Of a DNA stretch of 64,000 nucleotides, positions 8,423-16,087 are shown piece by piece. The stretch lies in IMG/VR virus record IMGVR_UViG_3300033066_001967. The stretch is one strand, 5' to 3'. The translations under genes were made by a program, and so were the position numbers. Every line of letters begins with the position of its first letter. The stretch's first letter is position 1. The stretch comes from an uncultured virus (IMG/VR IMGVR_UViG_3300033066_001967) (Duplodnaviria > Heunggongvirae > Uroviricota > Caudoviricetes). The notes under the pieces were generated by a model that made no database searches, was not told the origin of the DNA, and saw only the letters and a list, made by a program, of their open reading frames with translations.

Positions 8423-8706
8423 GAATCTACCTTCTCCCAAAAGACGGAGCGCGCCGCGTATGCGTCGCGCCATACGAAGGCGTCGCGTTCGTGCACGCCG
8501 ACGGCGCGTGTCCGAAGTGCGGCACGGACGACTTCAAGGTGGCCGGCGCAGGCTGCGGCGCGTCGGCCGACGACCGCGCTTGGGAGTCGACGGCATACTG
8601 CCTGGCGTGCAAGTCGCACGTCGGCACGCTGCGCGTCGAGTCGAACACGCTCTTCGGAGTGCGCGAAGACCAGGCCGTCCTGAACGGCCGCATGCGGGTG
8701 TACTGA
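8419..8706 (+). CDS. Zinc-ribbon protein
   Basis: CPKCG...CLACK; AAGGAG RBS. Confidence 0.6.
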   Translation: MRIYLLPKDGARRVCVAPYEGVAFVHADGACPKCGTDDFKVAGAGCGASADDRAWESTAYCLACKSHVGTLRVESNTLFGVREDQAVLNGRMRVY

Positions 8707-9149
8707 TGGCGCTGCTCTACGAGATAATCGACTCGGTCACAGGCGAGAGGGTCTACCTCGGCACCACGCAGAAGACGCTGGAGCAGCGCATGTACGGGCA
8801 CTACCACGCGAACACGGTGGTGAGGCGTTGGCTGGACGAGCACCCGCACAAGGCCAGGGTCGTGTCGCGACACAAGGACATCAAGGAGGCCGTGGCCAAG
8901 GAGACCCGACTGTTGCAGGAGGAGAAGCCGCTGCTCAACAAGTTCCGCACGCACTGGGCCACGGGCCGGGCGCTTGGTTCCAAGAACGCGGAGACCAAGG
9001 GCTACGACGCCACAATCTTCGTCCGCTGCCCGCTCGCGCTCAAGGAGCGCCTGCCGGAACTGCCGGGCGAGAACGACAACGACCGAGTCATCAACGCGCT
9101 GAAAATGGCGCTGGACAACAACAACAAACGAACAGGAGCAAGGACATGA
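8706..9149 (+). CDS. GIY-YIG-like nuclease domain with possible C-terminal ribbon-helix-helix
   Basis: LYEI-x9-YLGTT-x3-L-x2-R-x3-H...E...PLLN; C-terminal IFVRCPLALKERL. Confidence 0.6.
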   Translation: MALLYEIIDSVTGERVYLGTTQKTLEQRMYGHYHANTVVRRWLDEHPHKARVVSRHKDIKEAVAKETRLLQEEKPLLNKFRTHWATGRALGSKNAETKGYDATIFVRCPLALKERLPELPGENDNDRVINALKMALDNNNKRTGART

Positions 9150-9769
9150 GCAAGACGACGATGGAGAAGAAGGTGGAACAGGCGCGGGCGTACGCGGGCG
9201 CGCTGCTCAAGAGCGTGAAGAACAGCATGCGCGAAATCAAGGGCATCCCGGTAGGCGACCACGACGACTACCGAGAGGTGTGCAACCTGCTCTTCGAGAC
9301 GGCGGACATCCGCAAGCAGGCCGGCGAGGAGCGCGACGGGTTGGTCGCCGAGGAGAAGGCGACGCTCGCCGCCGTCGGTGCGGAGTACGCTCCGCTCGAC
9401 GAGAGCTTCGACGAGTTCAACGGCGACCTCAAACAGCGCGTGCGCGACTACGCCATGGACTGCGAGGCGAGGTACAACGCCATCCTCGCCAAGGCGGCCA
9501 AGCTCGCCAAGACGGACCCGAAGAAGGCGCGCGAGCTGAACGCCCGCGCCGAGGACGAGCTTGCGCCGAAGGTGAAGGGCATCGCCTTCGTCGCGAAGGT
9601 GACGCCGAAGGTGCTCGACCAGAAGAAGGTGCCGAAGGAGTTCTACAAGCTCGTGCTCGACGAGGACAAGCTGGCGATGGCCGCGCGCGACGGCGTCGAG
9701 GTCCCGGGCGTCGTGTTCGAGGACGTTCGCACGGTGCGGGTCACGCCCGGCCAGAGGGAGATTAAATGA
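9146..9769 (+). CDS. Coiled-coil phage protein (Gp157/Gam-like C-terminus)
   Basis: Helical N-terminus; VLDQKKVPKEFY...DEDKL...GVEVPGV. Confidence 0.55.
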   Translation: MSKTTMEKKVEQARAYAGALLKSVKNSMREIKGIPVGDHDDYREVCNLLFETADIRKQAGEERDGLVAEEKATLAAVGAEYAPLDESFDEFNGDLKQRVRDYAMDCEARYNAILAKAAKLAKTDPKKARELNARAEDELAPKVKGIAFVAKVTPKVLDQKKVPKEFYKLVLDEDKLAMAARDGVEVPGVVFEDVRTVRVTPGQREIK

Positions 9770-9926
9770 AAACGGTGAACGGAGACCTGCGTAGACGACG
9801 GCACAAACTCCTGACCGGTCTAGCGACGGCAAACGACCCCCAGCCGCTCAGATGCGTGAAATGCGGAGAAGCCGTGAGCCACGTCAACCCGCGCCCGTGC
9901 GCGTGCTTGCGCGAAAAGGAGCCGGA

Positions 9927-10436
9927 ATGAAACCCAACTTAAGCCTAGTGGGCCTTATCTCCTTGACAGCCTGCGGCGGGTTCGACGGGCGCATCGTGGC
10001 CGGCGGGGACATGCTCCCGCCGGCCCGGCTCGCCGCCGAAGCCGTCAACGCGGCCTTCGGCTGCACGGTCGTCGAGCTGCGCGAGGGCGACGGCGCACGG
10101 TGGCTCGACGGCGAGAGCGAGGTGTACTTCTCCGAGGCGATGCACGCGGGCGCAGCGGGCTTCACGCACAGCGAGCAGTACAACCCCGAGCGCGACATCA
10201 TGGTGCGACCGAAGCCGGCGTTCGTCGAGGTCCACGGCACGATGGTGCCGACGCAACCGCCGGAGTACGACAGCATCATCGTCCACGAGCTGGGGCACGC
10301 CTTCGGCTTGGGACATGTTGACGGCTGGGGAGAGGTGATGCACCCGGCTGGCGGAGACTACAAGGACCCGGAGCGCATGGCGCGCTTCATCGAGGCGCTC
10401 AAGAAGTCCGGCGTCGCGTGCAGAGGAGGAGAGTGA
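9927..10436 (+). CDS. Lipoprotein metzincin (matrixin-like) zinc metalloprotease
   Basis: Lipobox LTAC after a hydrophobic stretch; HELGHAFGLGH and Met-turn VMHP. Confidence 0.8.
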   Translation: MKPNLSLVGLISLTACGGFDGRIVAGGDMLPPARLAAEAVNAAFGCTVVELREGDGARWLDGESEVYFSEAMHAGAAGFTHSEQYNPERDIMVRPKPAFVEVHGTMVPTQPPEYDSIIVHELGHAFGLGHVDGWGEVMHPAGGDYKDPERMARFIEALKKSGVACRGGE

Positions 10437-10651
10437 TGTTCGAGTGCGAGCAATGCAAGGTCTGGGGATACAGCGGGCGCGTGTTCGACAGCATCGAGGC
10501 CGTCGAGGAGCACATGCTGCAAGTTCATCCGGGCAGGTTCCTGACGATGTACCGTGCCCTTGTCGGTGAGCTGGCTCACGCCGCGCACTCCTCGGCGAGC
10601 GCGTGCCGTGCGGCAAGCATCAAAGCGACGCTGAAGGCGAGGACCGAGTGA
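10436..10651 (+). CDS. C2H2-like zinc-finger protein
   Basis: FECEQC...F...EEHMLQVH. Confidence 0.55.
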   Translation: MFECEQCKVWGYSGRVFDSIEAVEEHMLQVHPGRFLTMYRALVGELAHAAHSSASACRAASIKATLKARTE

Positions 10652-10848
10652 GCCCGACGCCGCTGGAGATGACGCAGGCGCGGAGGCGTTGGCCTCTTGT
10701 CGTCGGGATGGTGGCGACGCACGTGGGCAGCACGGCGTTCGCGGCTCGCGGGGTGTTCAAGGCGTCGCGGAAGGAAGAACTTTACACGCGCATCGTGCGC
10801 GAGGCTTGGAAACGGAGGAAGGTGAAGCAATGGCAAAAGAAGCTGTGA
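10648..10848 (+). CDS. Hypothetical protein
   Basis: GTGA coupling. Confidence 0.4.
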   Translation: MSPTPLEMTQARRRWPLVVGMVATHVGSTAFAARGVFKASRKEELYTRIVREAWKRRKVKQWQKKL

Positions 10849-11420
10849 ATTTGCAGTTCGACGGCGAGGACCTGCGCGTCCTTATGCAGGCGATAGAGGA
10901 GACATCGGACGTGTACCAGTCGCGCGCGGTCTTCGGCACCGACGACCAAGGGCACGAGTGGCGCGCCGACGCCGAACGGCTACGAGTCATCGCCGCGCGT
11001 ATGGACGTTCTCCGAGAGATGCATCCCATATCGTTCGGCGTCGAGTCTGTCGGCGCATCTGCCGAAAAGAACATCGTCATAGACTCCGCGTGGCTGCTCA
11101 AGTTCGTCGAGACGAAGGCCGCCGCGCTCGTCGAGACCGTGCGCCGCAAGAACGCCGACTACTCGGGTGCCGCGCCCGACCCGTTCGGCAACTTCAGGAA
11201 CGTCGAGGACCTCGGCATCGCGACCGTCGAACAAGGGTTTCTGACTCGAATGACGGACAAGCTCGCGCGGGCCGCGTCGCTGACGAAGCCTGGGAAGGTG
11301 GCGCAGGTGAAGGACGAGTCGGTCGAGGATACGCTCTTCGACCTCGCCGCCTACTCGTTCCTCCTCGCCGCGTACCGCGCGAGTGTGCGGCTGAGCCGCG
11401 AAGGGAGGACGCTGCCGTGA
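10830..11420 (+). CDS. Nucleotide-modification-associated domain 1 (DUF1599-like, all-alpha NTP-pyrophosphatase-like) protein
   Basis: RKNADYS...DPFGNF...RMTDKLAR...DESVEDTLFDLAAY. Confidence 0.75.
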   Translation: MAKEAVNLQFDGEDLRVLMQAIEETSDVYQSRAVFGTDDQGHEWRADAERLRVIAARMDVLREMHPISFGVESVGASAEKNIVIDSAWLLKFVETKAAALVETVRRKNADYSGAAPDPFGNFRNVEDLGIATVEQGFLTRMTDKLARAASLTKPGKVAQVKDESVEDTLFDLAAYSFLLAAYRASVRLSREGRTLP

Positions 11421-11977
11421 AGAAGTTCCACGACCCGATGACGGCGCTCACCAAGCGCGACCCCGAGCTGGTGCGACTCATCCACCGGCGCACGCAGGAC
11501 GCCTTCAGGCGCTACACCAACGTGCCGGCGTCGCCGATGGTGATGGCGAGCATCGAGACGGACCTCGCCGAGGTCTTCGACGAAGCTCAGAAGCACGGCG
11601 CGGACCTGCCGGACCACACGGTCGTCGCGCTCAAGTTCGACGCCGCGCGGCGCATGCAGGTCTCCACGGTGTGGCACATCAAGCCGTGGTGGCCAGCGCT
11701 CTCGCCGTGCTGCATTCACATCGGCACGACCGGCACGGTGTGCTCACCCGAGCACACGCGGCCCGTCGACCTCTGGCGGTGCATGGAGACGGGCGAGACG
11801 CACGTGGTCTGGGGCGAGGGCCGGCACGAGCGGTGCTCGCTGCCGCTCTTCCACGTGCCTGACGTCGTCAGCAACCTGCACGACGGCGACGAGCGCAGCG
11901 TGCAGGTGGCCATCGCCGAGCGCGTCGTCGAGAAGCGGCCCGAGCTGATGCAGCGCCGGCCCAAGAGGATGAACTGA
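11417..11977 (+). CDS. Hypothetical protein
   Basis: GGAGG RBS, GTGA coupling. Confidence 0.55.
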   Translation: MKKFHDPMTALTKRDPELVRLIHRRTQDAFRRYTNVPASPMVMASIETDLAEVFDEAQKHGADLPDHTVVALKFDAARRMQVSTVWHIKPWWPALSPCCIHIGTTGTVCSPEHTRPVDLWRCMETGETHVVWGEGRHERCSLPLFHVPDVVSNLHDGDERSVQVAIAERVVEKRPELMQRRPKRMN

Positions 11978-12258
11978 TGCGCCGCCCTCGCTTCCGCATC
12001 GACGTGGGCGCCGGTAACGTGCTGGTCAACTTCGCGCACGAGGACTTCAACGACGCCGACCGCTTCCAGCGTTGGTTCGCGTGGGAGTCGCGCCCGTTGT
12101 TCGCGCGCTTCCTCCGCGAGGCTTGCACGCCGCGCACGCTCGCCCTGATGGAGGGCGAGATACGCATGCTGCTCGACCGGGCCATCGCCATGCGCAAGCT
12201 CTACCTCGGTTGGGACAACCTCTGGCGCCTCGACTTCGAGGACGTCACGCTCGAATAA
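11977..12258 (+). CDS. Hypothetical protein
   Basis: TGATG coupling. Confidence 0.55.
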   Translation: MRRPRFRIDVGAGNVLVNFAHEDFNDADRFQRWFAWESRPLFARFLREACTPRTLALMEGEIRMLLDRAIAMRKLYLGWDNLWRLDFEDVTLE

Positions 12259-12320
12259 CCCGCGCCGCGACGCGCCGCACCTCTAGACACGCAGTACACG
12301 CATGTGAGACTCCTCCTCGC

Positions 12321-12620
12321 ATGTCCGTCACCCCACGGCTCATCCAGCGCCCCAGCGTCGACCGCACCGTCAACCTCATCCAGTTCATCTCGCGCGACGC
12401 GCTCTCGACGAGCATGCCGTTCGGGCGCCCGCAGTCGCAGCTCCCGCAGAAGATTGCGCGCACGCTGGCGACCGGGCTCGCCGGGGTGAAGGACGAGCGA
12501 CCGCCGCCGAAGGAGTCCGACGAGGACTACGGCAGGCGCGTGCGCGAGTATCTGTTCGACCACGTGGAGGTCGCCGATGGCAGCGCCGTCGTGACCGCCG
12601 TCTACGCAGAGTCAATGTAA
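12321..12620 (+). CDS. Hypothetical protein
   Basis: 3' part of ORF 12072..12620 with coding-like codon bias. Confidence 0.5.
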   Translation: MSVTPRLIQRPSVDRTVNLIQFISRDALSTSMPFGRPQSQLPQKIARTLATGLAGVKDERPPPKESDEDYGRRVREYLFDHVEVADGSAVVTAVYAESM

Positions 12621-12634
12621 GGAGAATCATACGC

Positions 12635-12838
12635 ATGGCCAAGGTCCAAGTCTCGTTTCGTATCGAGGAGGACGTCGTTCGTCGAACGCGCAACGCCGTC
12701 CATCACAACCGAGGAGCGCCCGAGTTCCTCACGCTCGACGGCTTCGTCGAACAACAACTGGAGGCCGGCGTGAAGCGGCTCGAAAAGAAGAACGGAGGTG
12801 AGTTCAGTGAGCCAAAACGAAAAGCCGCCAGAGGATAA
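12635..12838 (+). CDS. Ribbon-helix-helix transcriptional regulator
   Basis: KVQVSFRIEEDVVRR beta-strand/helix pattern; AAGGAG RBS. Confidence 0.6.
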   Translation: MAKVQVSFRIEEDVVRRTRNAVHHNRGAPEFLTLDGFVEQQLEAGVKRLEKKNGGEFSEPKRKAARG

Positions 12839-12842
12839 GCCT

Positions 12843-13103
12843 ATGACGAAGCCCGAGGTCGGCGAGCGCGCCATCCAACTCGTCGACGATGCCTTCCGCA
12901 TAGTGCGACTGACCAGGGAATGCGGAGTGCCGCACCCGGCGACGGAGACCGGGCTCGCGCCGGCTGGACCGAACGTCAACGCGTTTCTCGTGCGCAGCGC
13001 GCTCATGATGCTCGCAATCCACTACAACATCGGCGGCAGCGAAGTCGTCGACATGGCCCGCCACGCGACGTGGCGGCTGCAACAGGAGAATCCACCAGCA
13101 TGA
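12843..13103 (+). CDS. Hypothetical protein
   Basis: GAGGA RBS; stop overlaps next start. Confidence 0.5.
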   Translation: MTKPEVGERAIQLVDDAFRIVRLTRECGVPHPATETGLAPAGPNVNAFLVRSALMMLAIHYNIGGSEVVDMARHATWRLQQENPPA

Positions 13104-14227
13104 GCGTCAGAATGAAAGTGCTAGCGATTTGTCCGATGCCTCAGGACGGCACCGCGTGGTGGCGCGTCATCTCTCCGCTCTCAGTCTTGCGCGAGCAGTC
13201 GCAGGGTGCGTTCGACTTCGACGTGGCGAGCGGCACCGACCACGTGCAGATAAGCAAATGCGACCTGCTACTCATGCAGCGGCCTATCCGCCCCGAGGAC
13301 CTGGCGTACATGCACTTCGCCAAGAGCCAGGGCGTGCCGGTCATCGTCGAGTACGACGACGACTACACCGGCGTGCCGGCGAACAACCCACGCATGATGC
13401 AGTACATGCAGGCAGACACGCAGCAACGCGTGCGGGAGTTAATCAGCGGTGCCGACGTGGTAGTCACAAGCACGGCGGAACTGAAGAACCGCTGGCGCGC
13501 GCTCAACAAGCGCATCGCCATCATTCCCAACGCCTGGGACGACCGCTTCGTCGTCAACCGTGGCGAGGACCGTCTGCCCACGCTCAACATCATGTGGCGC
13601 GGCGGCGACTCGCACAACCAAGACCTCGACCAGTTCGCGCAAGCGATGGTGCGAGCGGCGTGGGAAGGCGAGCCGGCGCTGTGGCACTTCGTCGGTAGCT
13701 CGGTGTGGAGCATTCACGACAAGATGCCGCCGGCCTGCATCACGGAGTACCCGTTCTCGGACGTCATCAACTACTTCAACCTGCTCGGACAGCTCCGACC
13801 GAACATCCTCGTGGTGCCGCTCGCGGACACGCCTTTCAACAAGGCCAAGTCCAACATCAGCGTCATGGAAGGCGCGTGGGCCGGAGCCGCAGTGCTCGCG
13901 CCCGACTGGGAAGACTGGCACGCGCCCGGCGTGACGCACTACAAGAACGCCACCGACTTCGGATTCAAGCTCACCGAGCTGACGAAGAAGTCGCGCGCGG
14001 AGCTGGCCTCCATGGCCAACGCCACGTGGGAAGCGGTGCGCGACAACATGTTGGTGAGCCGAGCGAACAAGTTGCGCTCGGCCATCTTCGCCGCGCTCAT
14101 CGACGAGAAGCGCAAAGCCCGTCACGCGTCGCAGTCGCGCGACGACAAGCTCGCCGAAATCGTCGGCATGGCAATCGAACAGCAGCAACAACAAGAAGCG
14201 CCGCAGGCGCAGGAGCAACCACAATGA
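13100..14227 (+). CDS. GT-B fold glycosyltransferase
   Basis: WWRV..P, VEYDDDY, ADVVVTST, IIPNA, WRGGDSH..DL, PLADTPFNKAKSNISVME. Confidence 0.85.
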   Translation: MSVRMKVLAICPMPQDGTAWWRVISPLSVLREQSQGAFDFDVASGTDHVQISKCDLLLMQRPIRPEDLAYMHFAKSQGVPVIVEYDDDYTGVPANNPRMMQYMQADTQQRVRELISGADVVVTSTAELKNRWRALNKRIAIIPNAWDDRFVVNRGEDRLPTLNIMWRGGDSHNQDLDQFAQAMVRAAWEGEPALWHFVGSSVWSIHDKMPPACITEYPFSDVINYFNLLGQLRPNILVVPLADTPFNKAKSNISVMEGAWAGAAVLAPDWEDWHAPGVTHYKNATDFGFKLTELTKKSRAELASMANATWEAVRDNMLVSRANKLRSAIFAALIDEKRKARHASQSRDDKLAEIVGMAIEQQQQQEAPQAQEQPQ

Positions 14228-14904
14228 GCATCCAACCGTTCACCCAAGACTTCTCTTCGCGCGAAAACCTCGCGGCCATCTTCAACGCGCGCGGCCTCAA
14301 CGGCGTCGGCGTCGAGTGCGGCGTGCAGCGGGGCGTCAACGCCGCGCGCATTTGCTCGCAGTGGAAGGGCAAGCTCTTCTACCCCGTCGACCCGTGGACA
14401 CCGTATGCCGGCGTGGTCGACACGGCGGAGATGCACAACGGCTACATGCAGGAGGCCATCCAGGCGCTCGCCGGTACCGGGCAGCAGTTCGAGACGCTGC
14501 GCATGAAGTCCACCGAGGCTGCGGTGCTCGTGAAGCAGCGCATCGAGCAGAACGTCCACGACAAGCTCGACTGGGTGTATCTCGACGACGACCACTTCTA
14601 CGCCGCGCTCCGCGACGGCATTGAGGCGTGGTGGCCGCTGCTCAAGAGCGGCGGCATCCTCGCCGGGCACGACTACGTGCCCGACGGCTGGCACCGCAAC
14701 GGCGACCCGGTGAACTCCTACCCGACGGCGGAAGAGGCGGGCGTGGGCCCAGGCCATTGCGGGCCGTTCGAGGTCATCAAGGCCGTGCAAGAATACTTCG
14801 GCCCGGGCGGCAAGCTTACCGGCGAGACGCTCGATGGTAATCTGTACATCTCTTCCGCCGACACGGACGCTGGCTGGGCATCTTGGCTGGTGGTGAAGGC
14901 GTGA
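14224..14904 (+). CDS. Class I SAM-dependent methyltransferase (Methyltransf_24-like)
   Basis: GVECGVQRG, VDPW, DWVYLDDDH.Y, W.PLLKSGGILAGHDY. Confidence 0.85.
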   Translation: MSIQPFTQDFSSRENLAAIFNARGLNGVGVECGVQRGVNAARICSQWKGKLFYPVDPWTPYAGVVDTAEMHNGYMQEAIQALAGTGQQFETLRMKSTEAAVLVKQRIEQNVHDKLDWVYLDDDHFYAALRDGIEAWWPLLKSGGILAGHDYVPDGWHRNGDPVNSYPTAEEAGVGPGHCGPFEVIKAVQEYFGPGGKLTGETLDGNLYISSADTDAGWASWLVVKA

Positions 14905-15467
14905 GCACCGAGTCCGACTACTGGAAAGCCAGCAACGGCTACGACTACAACGCGCTCTTCGCCGGCAAGTACGCCAAGGAGTTCGCGGCGCAAGAATCGT
15001 GGCTTGCCGAGAGGGTGCGACCGAAGTGGTCGGTGCTTGAGGTGGGCTGCGGTCCGGGCCGTCTGGCTCACGTGCTTGCTGATAAATGCTCATACTCTGG
15101 CACGGACATCTCGACGGAGATGACGCGCCCGTTTGTCGAAGCAATCGAGAACGGTCTGAGCGCTGCTCTGATTCCGTGGGGCACGGCGCCGAAGAAGCGC
15201 TTCGACGCTGTGTTCTGCGTCAGCGTGCTTATTCACGTGCCGCCCGAAGACTTGGCCTCGGTGCTCGATGGTATGAGCGCGACGTCGCGAGGCGAACTGT
15301 GGCTCATCGAGAACAAGCAGCACGCAGGGGAAAGCACGCGTACCGGCAACGACCACGGAGGGTGCTGGGCGCACGACTACGATAGGTATGTTCCAGCCGG
15401 CTGGCGCATGTCGGGGACGGTGGACCTGTGCAGTACGCACGACGTCTACGTGATGGTGCAAACATGA
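14901..15467 (+). CDS. Class I SAM-dependent methyltransferase
   Basis: VLEVGCGPGR, GTDISTEM, FDAVFCVSVLIHVP. Confidence 0.85.
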   Translation: MSTESDYWKASNGYDYNALFAGKYAKEFAAQESWLAERVRPKWSVLEVGCGPGRLAHVLADKCSYSGTDISTEMTRPFVEAIENGLSAALIPWGTAPKKRFDAVFCVSVLIHVPPEDLASVLDGMSATSRGELWLIENKQHAGESTRTGNDHGGCWAHDYDRYVPAGWRMSGTVDLCSTHDVYVMVQT

Positions 15468-16087
15468 GCGTCTTCGGCGTATGGCTCGGCGGCGGACAAG
15501 TAAGTCCTCTCGCTGAGCAGTGCATGTCGACGTGGCCAGAGGATGCCACGCTCTGGAGGGGACGCGCGCACCTGTCGAGCGTCATCCCTGACGTGTCGAG
15601 CATGGCGTATTTCAAGAGCGCATACGACGCCAACCACTGGGCCGGCGCGAGCGACGTGGCCAGACTCATGCTCCTGTGGGAGCTGGGCGGCACGTACCTC
15701 GACGTTGACGTGGAGGTCGTCAACCCCGAAGAGCTGCGCAAGCTCGAAGAGCAGTCGTTCAAGCACGGCATCCTTTGCGCCGGCATGGAGGACGATAAGT
15801 GGGCATGCAACGCGGTGCTCATCGCGCCGCCGAAGCACCCCATCGTGGGCGAGCTGCTCGAACGCTACAAGCGCACGCGCTTCGAGGACACCTTCGAAGG
15901 AACCGTGACCGGGGCTACGATGCTCACGCAAGCGTGCCAAGGCTCAAGCCGAGCCCAGTTGTTTCAGCCAGAGGTGTTCTACCCATGGCACTGGAGCAGC
16001 AAAAACAACGGCGCGACGAGAGAACACATCACCGAGCGGACTATCACCGCTCACCACTGGGAGGGCTCATGGGTAACGAAGAAGTGA
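15464..16087 (+). CDS. DXD glycosyltransferase (GT32/OCH1-like)
   Basis: VWLGG...C..TW...ASDVARL.LL.ELGGTYLDVDVE...HHWEGSW. Confidence 0.85.
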   Translation: MSVFGVWLGGGQVSPLAEQCMSTWPEDATLWRGRAHLSSVIPDVSSMAYFKSAYDANHWAGASDVARLMLLWELGGTYLDVDVEVVNPEELRKLEEQSFKHGILCAGMEDDKWACNAVLIAPPKHPIVGELLERYKRTRFEDTFEGTVTGATMLTQACQGSSRAQLFQPEVFYPWHWSSKNNGATREHITERTITAHHWEGSWVTKK

